A stretch of 64,000 nt of DNA, from positions 1,674,001 through 1,738,000 of the forward strand of contig JASTWF010000048.1 in the NCBI GenBank assembly GCA_030390025.1, in the 5' to 3' direction. The DNA comes from Squalus acanthias. Lineage: Eukaryota. Shown one piece after another: positions 11,905 through 24,560 of the stretch. Under the pieces are notes generated by a model. That model ran no database searches, was not told where the DNA came from, and was given only the letters and a program-made list of their open reading frames with translations. A program made the position numbers and the translations under genes. Positions within the stretch are counted from its first letter, which is position 1. Each line of letters begins with the position of its first letter.

Positions 11905-12760
11905 GCACATAGGAAATAAAGCAGGATTAGGCCATAGGCCCTCGAGCCAGCTCTGCCATTCAATAAGATCATGGCTGATCATCCAACTCAAATTGAATTT
12001 CCTGCCCGATCTCATATCCATTGATTCCCCTAGAGTACAAAATTCTATCGATCTCATCCTTGAATATACTCAAAAACTCAGCATTCATAGTCCACTGGGG
12101 TACAGAATTCCAAAGATTCAAAGCCCTCTGTTTGAAGAAATTCCTCCTCATCTTGATCTCAAATAGCCTTCCCCTTATCCTGAGACTATGCCCCCTAGTT
12201 CTAGACACTCAAGTCAGGGGAAAATACCTCACAGCATCTACCCTCTCAATCCCCTCCAGAATCTTGTATGTTTTAATGAGATCACCTCTCATTCTTCTAA
12301 ACTGCAGAAAGTCTACACCCATTCTACAAAATCTCTCATTATAGGACAGCCCTCTCATCCCAGGAATCAATCTAGTGAACCTTCGTTTCACTGCCTCCAA
12401 GGCAAGTATATCCTTCCTTAGATAAGGAGACCAAAACTGTGCACAGTACTCCAGGTGTGGTCTCACCAAGGCCCTGTTTAATTGTAGCAAGACTTCTTTA
12501 CACTTATGCTCTAAACACTTTTCAATAAAGGCGTACATGCCATTTGCCTTCCTTATTGCTTGCTGTACCGGCATGCTAGCTTTCTGTGTTTCTTGCACGA
12601 GGACACCCAAATCTCTTCTGAACACCAACATTTGAAAGTTTCTCACCATTTAAAAATCATTCTGTTTTTCTATTCCTCCTACCAAAGTGAATAACCTCAC
12701 ATTTCCCTACATTATACTCCATCTTCCACATTACTGCCCACTAACGTAGTCTATCTATAT
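11905..12760 (-). mobile_element. CR1 3' fragment
   Basis: ORFs 12209-12649 and 11969-12208 (LVRPHLEYC, TRGHSLRI). Confidence 0.85.
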
Positions 12761-14829
12761 CCCTATAATTGGCAAAAGAACGAGCGGGGAGATGTGGAAA
12801 CATAAATTTTATTCTGCAGTGAGTTCTTTTAATCTGGAATGCATTGCCTGAAAGGGCAGTGGAAGCAGATTCAATAATAACTTTCAGAAAGGAATTGGAT
12901 ATAAACTTGAAAAATAATTTTTAAAAGCAGGGCTATGGTGAATGAGCAGTTAGTGAGACTAAATTTATAGGAGCGACCAAAACTAGGGGTCACAAATATA
13001 AGATAAACACTAATAAATCAAACCGAGAATTCAGGGATAATATCCTCACCCAAAGTGTGCTGATAATGTAGAACTTGATACCACATGGAGTGGTTGAGGG
13101 AAATAGCATAAATGCATTTAAGCGGAATGTAGATAAGTATGTGAGGGAGGAAGGAATAGAAGGATATATTGATGAGGGTAATCGAAGAGGGGTGGGATGA
13201 AGCCGGTGGGGTCTCGTTGGGCAGGCCTTTCAAAAAGGCGGCACAGACTCGATGGGCCGAATGGCCTTCATCTGGGCTGTAGGATCGCATGCCTGTATAA
13301 GATACGCAACATTGTTGGGACAAAGTGCTCTCCTGTTTCAGGCAGTGCGGGTTTCAGTTCCTTTGCGCAAAACGAGAATTCAAGGGTGAAACTTTTTCTG
13401 GGCTGAATACGCAGGTTATTTGAAATAACACGTCAACAGGCCCCTAGCGTCTGATAGAGAAGCGGCTAAACGGTTGTCAACAGATGCTGAAACCGCCGTC
13501 ATGAGGCTGGTGTCCCGCTGACAAACGTATCTAGAGGCGCATCTCGACTTTGTGAACAGCGTGAAACTTCAGTGACACGTTTAAGGATTCTAAGATTAAC
13601 AATGTCCTATTGGTATGAGAAAGTTCAACTTAGAGCAGTGAAGGTTAAGGGGAGGATTGATAGAGGTGTTCAAAATCATGAAGGTTTTGATAGATTAATT
13701 AAGGGGAAATAGTCTCCAGTGGCCGCAGGATCGGTAACCAGAGGAGGCAGATAAAAGGTGATTTACAGAAGAACCACAGGGGGAGAGGAGGATAATGTGT
13801 TTAATCTGCGAGTTGTTATGATCTGGAATGCACCGTCTGAAAGGGCGGTGGAAGAAGGTTGATTCGTAACTTTCAAAAGTGAATTTGATAAAATCTTGAG
13901 GGGAAAATTTACAGGCCTATGGGGAAAGAGAAGGGGAGTGGAACTGATCGGACAGCTCTTCCAAAGAGCCGGTACAGGCACAATGGGCAAAATGGAGTCC
14001 ATCTGTGCTCCATCTGTGGTGCATCATTCTAAGGTTCTATGATAATCAGCGCATCTCTGGTCACTTACGCAATCCGACAAATCGGGGAGGGATTTGTACC
14101 CCCTCTGCTGAGGTGATCCTGGGAATTATTCAGAGGAATAATCGGATGGTACGTGTGACTCCTTCCCATATTCCTCCGTCCGCTCTTTCAACTCAGTTAC
14201 TAACCCATTGAACCCTCCGCCTCATCTACTTCTTATAATGTTGAGAATATCTTAAAGAAAATGACACCCAAACCATTAATACAGCATTCTTAATAATTAA
14301 TCATCAATTTAATTCATCTAAGGTNNNNNNNNNNNNNNNNNNNNNNNNNNNNNNNNNNNNNNNNNNNNNNNNNNNNNNNNNNNNNNNNNNNNNNNNNNNN
14401 NNNNNNNNNNNNNNNNNNNNNNNNNNNNNNNNNNNNNNNNNNNNNNNNNNNNNNNNNNNNNNNNNNNNNNNNNNNNNNNNNNNNNNNNNNNNNNNNNNNN
14501 NNNNATAGAGAGATGGGTGGATGGATGGATGGATGGTTGGCTGGACGATGGTTGAATGGATTGATAGAAGGATGGATGGATGGATGGATGAATGGATGGA
14601 TGGATGGAAGGATGGATGGATGGATGGATGGACGGACGTACGGATAAGCGGGTGGACGTATAGTTAGGGCTTAGTTGGTTAAATTAAGAGGTCAGGCTAA
14701 GAATCAATTGGAACTTTCAAGACCGAGATTGATAGATATTTGTTGGGAAGTGCATCGAGGAATATGGAGCAATGGTGATTACATTGAGTTGAGACACACA
14801 TCAGCCATGATTTCATTGAATGGGAAGTC

Positions 14830-15030
14830 AGGCTCGAGGGTCTGAATGGCCCCGTCTTCTTCCTAGGTAACAGGCTCGAGTAGTTACCCGGCCTTCTCCT
14901 GTAGCTGTGTAACTGGTTCGATTGCCAGATTGCCACTTCCTGCTCCTAGGTAACAGGCAAGAGGAATATATTACCTCTTCCTGTTCCTGTGTAACAGACA
15001 CAAGGAAATTGAATGGCCTCCTCTTAATCC
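14830..15030 (+). repeat. ~40-bp tandem repeat derived from the CR1 3' end
   Basis: Repeated aacaggctcgag..tggcc..cctgttcct.tgt units; also at ~34320-34520, 38040-38340, 45665-45870, 52870-53080. Confidence 0.7.
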
Positions 15031-15076
15031 TGTCTTCGAGCAAAACATATTCAATCAACTGAGTGTTTCGTGGTCC

Positions 15077-15096
15077 TAGAGCGCCCTCTGCTGTCC
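15077..15096 (-). promoter_or_regulatory. CTCF motif, F1 type
   Basis: Minus strand GGACAGCAGAGGGCGCTCTA. Confidence 0.7.
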
Positions 15097-15923
15097 AAGT
15101 GGAGAAAGAAAACACAGTGTTCAGTGTGTAAAATCCACCAGTCTTTGAATTTTAGTTCCTTCTTTATATCTTTCCATCCTTCTTTCTGCCATTCTTTCAG
15201 TCTTTCGTTCGTTCTCTCTCCCTTTTTTTCCTGGTTTTCTTTCTTGATATCTATTACTTTTTTCTCTCCTTCTACATTTCATTTTACCATTCTGCAGTAC
15301 ATCGAACAATCTATCTTTGCACCTTCTCTGATCCCTTTATATACAATGGTCAAAGTGGGAGGTTTTAAGGAGCGTCTTAAAGGAGGAAAGAGAGGTAGCG
15401 AGGCGGACAGGTTTAGGAAGGGAATTCCAGAGTTTAGGGCCCAGGCAACAGAAGGCACGGCCAACGATGTTTGAGCGATTGTTATCAGGGATGCGAAGCA
15501 GGGCAGAATTAGAGGAGCACAGATATCTCGGGGGCTTTGGGTGCTGAAGGAGATTACTGAGATAGGGAGGGGCGAGGCCATGGAGGGATTTGAAAACAAG
15601 TATGAGAATTTTGAAATCGACGCGCTGCTTACCCGGGAGCCAATCTTGAAGATCTCTATCAGGTCACCCCTCAGCCTTCTCCTTTCGAGAGAAAAGATCC
15701 CCAGCCTGTTCAGCCTTTCATGAAAGTTATAACTTTTCAGTTCTGGTATCATTCTTGTTATTCCTGATTTGCAGCTTCTTCGGTGCCTCGACATCTAATC
15801 TATCATATTAAATCAAACCCGTCTCCTCTTCTTCTCAAAAGCACGTTCGCTCTCCAAAATAATCCAAACAGGGCGTAGCAGCGCGCGGTTTTATTTTAAA
15901 TAAGTGTTTCCTGCCGCCTTTCG

Positions 15924-15962
15924 GGTATTTGTTCAGCACCTCCATCTCTCTGAGTCACTGTG
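15924..15962 (-). other. 23-RSS (CACAGTG-23-ACAAATACC)
   Basis: Counted; nonamer variant. Confidence 0.9.
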
Positions 15963-16554
15963 AACACTCCAGGTGCAGTAATACACGGCCGAGTGATTAA
16001 CCGCAGGCTGGAGGACTTCAGGTTGAAGATGTTGTCATTCGATCGCTCGGCGGTAAAGCCGTCCACCGTCCCCTCTGCAGTTAGACTTTTTACAGTTAGG
16101 GAGATAAACATCAACTGCGGCTCCTTCGCTGGATATTGTCAGTAACAGTACATGTTAGGGGAACCTGCTCCCTCCACAGAGCATTTCAGTTCCACTCCAT
16201 CCCCAGGAATTCTGGAGACAGCGGCGGGCGTCTGGCGGATAGTCTGTGAGTTTAGGTCTGATAAATAAAGGGAGAAGGTCAGTCAACAGTGANNNNNNNN
16301 NNNNNNNNNNNNNNNNNNNNNNNNNNNNNNNNNNNNNNNNNNNNNNNNNNNNNNNNNNNNNNNNNNNNNNNNNNNNNNNNNNNNNNNNNNNNNNNNNNNN
16401 NNNNNNNNNNNNNNNNNNNNNNNNNNNNNNNNNNNNNNNNNNNNNNNNNNNNNNNNNNNNNNNGAAAACGTAAAGAAGGGCTATTGACAAGAATGATTTT
16501 TTTATATAATCCCTTACGGTCAAACAAGATAATTATACCCAGTAACAGATACAA
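15963..16554 (-). pseudogene. TRBV: TRBV F1 pseudogene (V exon 15963-16257, leader 16518-16554)
   Basis: Leader starts TTG; conserved W is C, followed by TGA (MYCY*Q); 1-nt deletion in FR3 near 15999. Confidence 0.9.
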
Positions 16555-18100
16555 TTTTTATTCATGCTTTTCCCTTGATAATGAAAAGAGCGAGAACAGG
16601 AGAGTTGTTTCTTGTGATGATCCAACCAGCCATGTTCAAATCATTGAGGAAATCATGAACAGTATTATGACAGCCCCAACCCATCCGCTCTGACTCACAG
16701 CCCCACCCCTTCCTCTGTGATTCGCAGCCCAGCTGCTCCATCTCTGATTGACATTAATTTAAGCACATGGGTACTGGAATTTACAAAGCGGACATAGACA
16801 GATTAAATGAATGAATAAAATAGAGATAGATGAACTTTAACGTGGGCAAAGGTGAGGATATCCACTGTCACCCAAAGAAAGATAGTGTCGAGTATTTTCT
16901 AAATGGTGAGAAGCTGGGAACTGTAGAGGTGCAAAGGGATTTAGGTGTCGAGCTAGACAAATCACTAAGAGCCAGCAGGCAGTTACCAAAATCAAAAAGG
17001 CGAATAGAATGTTGGCTTTTTTCTCAAGGGTGCTGGAATACAGAGGAAAGAAAGTTATACTTCAGTTGTATAGAATCCTGGTCAGACTCCATCTGGAACA
17101 GGTCGTTCAGTTCTGAGTAAAACTCTTCAGGAAGGATATATTGGTCTTGGAGGGAGTGCAGCGAAGATTCAACAGAATGATACCGGGCGTGGAGGGTTAA
17201 TATGTGAGGACAGATTACATAGACTAGACTTGTATTCCATTGAATATAGAAGATTGAGCAGTGATCCTACTGAGGGGTTTAAAATGATAAAAGTATTGGA
17301 GACTATAGATAGAGAGAAGATATTCCCTCTGGTGAGGGGAAGCCCAGAACTGGGGGCCATCAACTGAGCATTAAAGCGAGGCCGATCAAGGGTCATATCT
17401 GGAGGCACCTCTTGACCCAAAGGGTAGTGGACATCTGGCATTCTCTCTCCCATTTGGCTGCTGAGGCTAGAGGTCAATCGGGTATTTCAAAACTTAGATT
17501 TTTGTTAGGTAAGTGTTACGGAACCAGCTGGAGTTATGGTTCCTCTTCTGATCACACACTTTCGGAAGCATATCAAGGACTTCGACAGGGTGAAGAGGAG
17601 AATTACAAAATAGTACTAGGGACGAGGGTTTCCAGTCACATTGAGAGACTAGAGAAGATGGGAGTGTTCTCCTTCGGGCGGAGACGTTTAAGGGGCGATT
17701 TAATGGAAGTGTTCAAAATCATGAAGGGTTTTGATAGAGTAAATAACGAGAAACTACATCCAGTGACAGAAGCGTCTGTAACCAGTGGGAACATATTTAA
17801 GGACCAGATAGGGAGATGATGAGTTTTTTTTATTGTAGAACGAGTTGTTATGGTTTGGAATGCACTGCCCGAATAGGTGGAGGAAGCAGATTCAATAATA
17901 CGTTTCCAAAAGGAATTGGATACACACTTCAAGCGGGACGTTTACTGGGCTATGGGGCAAAGGCACGGGAATAGGACTAATTGGATAGCTCTTTGAAAAG
18001 ATCAGTATAGGTATGTGGGGCCGAATGCATGCCTTCCGTGCTGTATCATTCGATGATTCTATGACCTGGTGGCAGAATATTTGCTCGAAATAAAATGTAG

Positions 18101-18119
18101 TGCTGCCACCTGGTGGTGG
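18101..18119 (-). promoter_or_regulatory. CTCF motif, F2 type
   Basis: CCACCACCAGGTGGCAGCA. Confidence 0.7.
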
Positions 18120-18153
18120 AAAATGAGCAGTGAACTCCCATTCATCCATTGCA

Positions 18154-18192
18154 GGTTTTTGTCGCTGGGGAGCCGCTTTCTCAAATGCTGTG
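18154..18192 (-). other. 23-RSS (CACAGCA-23-ACAAAAACC)
   Basis: Counted. Confidence 0.9.
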
Positions 18193-19113
18193 CGATACTA
18201 CAAGCACAGTAATAGACAGCGGTGTGAGACGGAGAGGAGGCGCTCAGTTCCAAAGTAAACAGCTTAGTGCTAATTCTTTCGGCCTTAAAAGTCTCGGTCG
18301 TGTACTTCGTAACATCACCTGCTACAGCAGAATAGAAAAGAGCTTCTAATGCCCGGTCGGGTTCTTGTCTGTACCAGCACATTTGGAAATAAGCAGTATT
18401 CCTCAGCGTGCATCTGAGCGTGATCGACTCTCCTGCTCCAATCGATAGGACAGAAGGCAACTGCTCCACGTACGAGGCGAGTATTCCTGTCGAATGCAAC
18501 ATCGATTAATTTCTTATTTTTTTCAATAATTGATTTGAGCACGGACTGCAATGAAAAAGAACTTCCATTCATAAAGCGCTTTCACGAACTCAAAAATTCA
18601 CAAAGCTCTTTACAGCCAATGAAGTGCTGATTAAATTGTCGTCATTGTTGTAATGTCGGAAAGGAGACAGCCAATTTCAGCACAGCAAGCTCCCACATAC
18701 TGCATTGAAATAAATGACCAGTACATCTAATTTTTGGTGTTTGCTGTGGGATTAATGTTGGCCCAGGACACCGGCGACAACTACGCTGCTCTTCTTCTAA
18801 TAATGCCCTGGGATCATTTACGTCCAGCTGAGAGGGCAGCTCGGTTTACTGCCTTATCTGAAAGATGGCACCTCCGATAGTGCAGCACTTCCTCAGTGCT
18901 GGTCTCGGGAGTGTCAGCATAGATTTTGTGCTCAAGTCTCAGGAGTAAGATTCCAACCCAAAACCTATGATTCCGAGGCAAGGTTTCGAACAGCTGAACA
19001 ACAACTGACATTATAATACATTATTCTACAAAGATCTCTGCATAAGTTTGTTAATTTGACTTACGTGGGATCATTGTCATCATCAATGTTAGATAATAAA
19101 ATTCATGGAACAT
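18193..19113 (-). CDS. TRBV: TRBV F2, intact: leader 19065-19113, V exon 18193-18486
   Basis: Leader MFHEFYYLTLMMTMIP; V ..QMCWYRQ..YYCACSI; SINE in intron (~18560-19011). Confidence 0.88.
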
Positions 19114-20733
19114 GATTTATTCATTCGACAATGGCTCACTGTGCGAACTAGTGCAGCTCCAAACCACGTTTAAAATGCGATTTGTCAACTGGATCTGATT
19201 AAATACGAAGCATCCGGTTGTAATTGTCACTCTTACGCCACTTCCTGTGCTAGTCACGCCCCATCCCATTCCTTCCCTGGTTTCGTAACTTCATAGAACC
19301 ATACAGCACAGAACGTAAAGGAAAGGACAAATAGAGGTGATAAATATTAAACATTACGAATGGTTTCGATAGAGTTGATAGGGAGAATCTAAATCCACTG
19401 GCAGGAGGATCGTTAACCAAAGGGCACAGATTTAAGATAAAAGGAAAAAGGACCAGTTGGGAGATGAGGAGACGTAAATTGTATTGCAGAGAGTTGTCAT
19501 GATCTGGAATGCATTGCCTGAAATGGCGATGGAAGCAGATTCAATAATTACTTCCTCAAGGGAATTGGATATAAACTTGATATGGAAAAAAACAGGACTA
19601 TGGGGAAACAGCAGGGGAGTGGGACTAAATTGATAATCGGGACCAAAACTAGGGGCTTATAGGATATACACTAATACATGCAAGAGGGAATTCAGGAGTA
19701 CCCTCGTTACACAAAGTGTGGTGAGAATCTGAAACTTGCTACCGCATGGAATGGTTGTGTCGAATAGCATAGTTGCATTTAAGGGGAAGCTAGATAATTA
19801 CATGAGAGCGAAAGCAATTGAAGGATATGCTAATGGGCGTACTTGAAGAGGGGTAGGACGATGCCGGTGGGGGTCAAATTGGATAGGTCTTTCAAAGAGC
19901 CGCATCAGACCAGTCGGTCCGAATGGCCTACTTCAGTGCTGTAGGATTCTATGATTCTTGGAAAAATAGAACGTTGCTGGGAAAAATGCTCTCCTGTTTC
20001 AGGCAGTGCAGGTTTGAGTTCCTATGTGCTGAGCGAGAATTCAAGGGTTAAATTATTTGCTGAGCTGAATTCGCAGATTCTTTGAAAAACACATCAAAAG
20101 CCATCTAGAGTCTGATAGAGAAGCGGGTAAACGGTTTTCAACAGATTCTGAAACCGCCGTCATGCGGCAGGTGTCCCGGAGACAAACATATCTGAAGATG
20201 CGTCTCGTCTTCGCACAGTGTGAATCATCGGTGAGAATTGCAAGGGTTCTAATATTAAGTATTTCCTAATTGTATGGGGTGTTCTCCTTAGAGCAAAGAA
20301 TGTAAGGCGGAGCTTTACCAGACTGATAGCAGGAGTGAGCGACTCCACTTTGCTGCAGAGACTGGAGAAGCTGCTGTTGTTCTGTCTACAGCACGCAATC
20401 TGGTTCTTAAATGACGATAATATCTTAAAAGAATGACATTCAGTACGTTGATATATTACATTTTTAATTAATTAAAAGCAATTTGTAATCTACNNNNNNN
20501 NNNNNNNNNNNNNNNNNNNNNNNNNNNNNNNNNNNNNNNNNNNNNNNNNNNNNNNNNNNNNNNNNNNNNNNNNNNNNNNNNNNNNNNNNNNNNNNNNNNN
20601 NNNNNNNNNNNNNNNNNNNNNNNNNNNNNNNNNNNNNNNNNNNNNNNNNNNNNNNNNNNNNNNNNNNNNNNNNNNNNCCCGGTCTATCTAAATATGATTA
20701 GAACTAGTTGGGGGTTGGTGTCTGAGACGGATG

Positions 20734-20772
20734 GGTTTTTGTAGCACGGTTCAATCTGAGTGTATCTCTGTG
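20734..20772 (-). other. 23-RSS (CACAGAG-23-ACAAAAACC)
   Basis: Counted. Confidence 0.92.
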
Positions 20773-21924
20773 CATCACTGCAGGCGCAGAAATACCGCGC
20801 CGTGTCGTTCGGCCGCACCACCGATATCTTCAGATCGAAGGAGTTATCTGCAGTTTTCTTTGCCCAAAATCTCTCCGTGATCCCCTCCGACCTGGTCGGG
20901 TCACCTTCATTCACCGCATACAAGAGGTCCTGGAATCCTAGGCCCGGGACCTGACGGTACCAGTACATATAAGGATCAGTGCTGCGTTGGGTACACGGGA
21001 TAGTCACAGACTCGCCCTCTATCACCGACACATACTCCCGGGACTGCACCATCTTCTGAGTCCCGCCAACACCTGAAAGGAAAATAGAAGTGAACAGCAA
21101 AGAGAGACAGTTATTTCCCCCGAAATTAGACACACTAACCTCTTTAATTATTAGTTGTTATTTGACTGATTTTCCCCTTTCCCTCGCACTCTTGCTTTTC
21201 ATTTCAATCGATGTATTTTCTGTATTTTCACATAAATCTAATTCAGCTGACCAAAGGATTGGATAGGCTAGATAGGGCGAAATTATTTCCCCTGTCTACC
21301 CTATCACCCCTCTGTTCCGAAGCTCCTTAACAGACACAATCTACCGGCTCTACCGCGCGACATTCTGGTTTAAGTCGATTTGGCAAAACCAGATTTATAG
21401 TCAAAAGCCGCAGGCACTTTTAATTAGACAGGAGCATGTAGGTTTAGTGGAGCTCTCCTTATAATATAGATTGGCGTTGAAATGTCACTCACTGGTTCAA
21501 CTATTATAGAAAAATCCCTGTTAACTAAATGTCCCTCCTGCCCTAATTTAACACAATTTATCACCTTTATGTGTCACTAAAGAGATATAGTCTACTTGCT
21601 CCAACAACCCTGTTCTCTTCCTTTCCTTTGTTCTTTCTTTCGTTTTAGCTATTTTCTTTCTGTCATTCTTTTTTCTTTCTTTCTGTCTTTCTTTCCATCT
21701 TTCTTTCGTTCTATCATTCTTTCTTTCTATCTTTCTCTCTATCTTTTAATCTCATCCATCCATTCATTCTTTCTCTTTTTGTTGAAAATTAAAACTTGTT
21801 TTGTAGGCTCTTTAATAGATTCCTACTCCAAAAGCTGAAACCCTCTATGTGACACCGGGCTCTCGCTTTACTTACCCGCCAATAGGAACAGCGACAACGT
21901 GCAGGACAGGAGGCAAGTCCGCAT
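20773..21924 (-). CDS. TRBV: TRBV family F3, intact: leader 21876-21924, V exon 20773-21072
   Basis: Leader MRTCLLSCTLSLFLLAG + GTAAGT; V ..VTIPC..YMYWYRQ..ERF..DTARYFCACSD. Confidence 0.88.
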
Positions 21925-23241
21925 GGTCCGCGACAGAGCGTCTGAGACCGGGAACCCCTCGACCAACAAGCTGTCCAGAGACTGGAGCAATGTCACTGTT
22001 GTGTGCAAGGCCCGAACTGGCGCGTGTAAACGGCAACGTTCTCTATCATTCATAAGAAAACATTGAACATACAATGCACGGCCCCGCCCTCTATGACTAG
22101 CAGCCCCGCCCCTCACTCGATGATTGATAGCACCGTCCGCCCTCTATATTTGACTGCCGCGTCATATTTCCCTAATTGACAGCCACCCCACCGTCTCCAA
22201 TGAACAGTCCGGCCCCTCGCGCGCTGATTGGCAGGAAGTGGAACAGATGGGATCCGAGCGTTGCAAAGGGGACATAGAGATTAGTTGAGCGGGCAAAACA
22301 GTGCAAGAAGGAACAGTGGAAGAAGTGGGGAAGTGCGAGGTCATCCACTTGGGATCTAAGAAAGATAGATCAGAGCATTTTCCAAATGGTGTTAAGCTAG
22401 GAATTACGGAGGAGCAAGGGGATTTAAGTGCTCAGGTAAACAATTCACTTAATGCCGATAGACAGGGAAGAAAGGAATCAAATGGCTAAAGGGATGTTGT
22501 CCTTTATCTCAAAGGGTCTGGAATACAAAGGGCAGGATGTTATTCTTCTATCGTATAGAGACTTGGTCAGACCCCATCGGGAGTACTGAGTTCAATTCTG
22601 GGTACCGCACCTCAGGAAGAATATATTAGACTTGGAGGGGATGCAGCGCAGATTCTCCAGACTTTTACCCGGGACTGAGGGGATAAAGTTATGAGGAAGG
22701 ATTGCAAAACTTGGCCTATATTACGTTGAGTATAGAAGATTCAGTGCTGAACTATTTGAGATTTGTAAGTGTTAAATCAAGTTGATAGTGTATATAGAGA
22801 GAAACTATTTCTCTGGTGGGGGAGTCCAGGACAGGGGGAGCGTAACCTTAAAGTTAGAGTTAGGTTTTTCAGCATTGTGTCAAAAACACCTCTTCACAGA
22901 ATGGTCGTGGAAATGGGGAACTCTCTCCTCCAAGAGTCTGTTCAGGATAAGGGTCAATTGGAGCTTTCAGGACTGTGATTGATAGATATTTATTGGGTAA
23001 GTGTATCCAAATTCATGGAAAAAAAGCGGTTAGATAGAATGAAGATACTCATCAACCATGATCTTATTGGCTGGCATAGCAGTGTCGCGGGGCTGAATGG
23101 CCTCCTCCTGTTCCTGTGTATACGGTCCCGAGGATGCTTAATGGCCTTTTCCTGTTCCTATGTAACAGGCTCAAGGGGACTGGATGACTCCTTCTATTCC
23201 ATATTAAACCATATCACAATCAAACGTGTGGTTCATGGTCC

Positions 23242-23260
23242 TAGAGCGCCCTCTTCAGTC
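23242..23260 (-). promoter_or_regulatory. CTCF motif, F1 type (variant)
   Basis: GACTGAAGAGGGCGCTCTA, same context as the other F1 sites. Confidence 0.5.
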
Positions 23261-23712
23261 TCTGTGGAGAAAGAAAACACATTGTCAGTGTGTCAAAGCT
23301 CGACAGTCTTTACTTCATTTCAAAATTTTTAACTTTTTTTTTCTTTCTGTTTATCTTTCTTTCTTTCTTTCTGTCTATCTTTCTTCCTTTCTTTCTGAAT
23401 GTCTTTCTTTCTATCTTCCTTTCTTTCTTTTCGGACTTGTTTCTTTCTTCATATCATTCTTTCTTGCTGTCTTTCTGTCCTTTTTCGTTCTCCCTCTCCG
23501 TCTTTCCTTCTTTCTTTCTATCTTCCTTTCTATCTTCCTTGCGTTCTTCACTACATCTTTGCAGCTTCTCCAGAACCTTTATTAAATGTAATTTCTCACA
23601 TTTGTTCAAACCCTTTCCTTCTTGTCAAAACACATTCGCTCTGCAAAATAAACCCAACAGGATGCGGCACCGCGCTGTTTCATCCACAACAGGTGTTGCC
23701 TGCAGCCTTTGG

Positions 23713-23751
23713 GGTTTTTGTTGAGCTCCTCCATCTCTCTGAGTCACTGTG
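23713..23751 (-). other. Canonical 23-RSS (CACAGTG-23-ACAAAAACC)
   Basis: Counted. Confidence 0.97.
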
Positions 23752-24286
23752 AAGACTCCAGGCGCAGTAATACACGGCCGAGTGATTCGCCAGCAGGTGG
23801 GAGGACTTCAGGTTGAACTCGTTGTCATTCGGTCTCTCGGCGGTAAAACCGTAAACCGTCCCCTCTGCATTCACGTGATTAGCAATCGTGGAGTAAAACA
23901 TTAACTGCGGCTCCTTCCCCGGGTCCCGTCTGTACCAGTACATGTATCCGCTACTGGCGCCTTCCACCTCGCACTTCAGTTCCACTCCCTCCCCAGGAAT
24001 ATTGGAGAGAGCGGCGGGAGTCTGGCGGATCGTCTGCGAGTTCACATCTGGGAAAGAGACGGTGAGAGGAAGAGATAAGTAAACAGGCGAATTCTCTGTT
24101 GTGGTGTTAAAAAGAATTAAAGAGCGAGAGAATGAAGGACAGAACGAAGGGAAGAATAGAAAAAAACGAAAGGAATAAAGAAAGAAGGAAAGAAATAAAG
24201 AGTAAAGAAAGTTTATTGAAAAAGACTATTGTTTGAAAAAGTCCCTTACATTGAAATAAGATCATGAGACTCATTAACAGATACAT
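23752..24286 (-). CDS. TRBV: TRBV F1 (TRBV30-like), intact: leader 24250-24286, V exon 23752-24047
   Basis: MYLLMSLMILFQ|YVNSQTIRQ..LKC..WYRR..YYCAWS. Confidence 0.92.
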
Positions 24287-24389
24287 CTTTTATTTAAAAG
24301 ATTTACTTTTAAAAATGAAATCAGCGAAAACAAGAGCGTTGAGTCTCGTGAGGATCCAACCCGCTCTTTTCAAATCATTGACGAGCGGA

Positions 24390-24560
24390 AGGAAGTGATG
24401 CAGGCCACGCCCTCTCTGATTGACAGCATCGCTCATCCACTCCTACGCTGATTGACAGACCCGCCCCACTCTCTGAAACATAGTCCCGCCCCCCACGCTG
24501 ATTGACAGACCCGTCCTCACTCTCTGATACATAGTCCCGCCCCCACACTGATTGACAGTC
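24390..24560. promoter_or_regulatory. F1 promoter: GGAAGTGATG plus four TGATTGACAG and GC boxes in a 50-bp tandem repeat
   Basis: TGATTGACAG at 24417, 24449, 24499, 24549; duplicate at ~62424-62595. Confidence 0.6.

Noticed and set aside
14830-15030. CRISPR-like repeat array
   Set aside because: Degenerate tandem CR1-end units with no unique spacers; eukaryotic context.
18061-18077. Second, opposite-orientation CTCF site near F2 (ATGACCTGGTGGCAG; cf. ~48613)
   Set aside because: Poor 5' half, overlaps a CR1 tail and is not conserved in all copies; needs PWM scoring.
20214-20250. + strand CACAGTG as functional RSS or D segments (also 30738, 51632, 58254)
   Set aside because: No nonamer at 12 or 23 bp, and no paired RSS flanking a short D.
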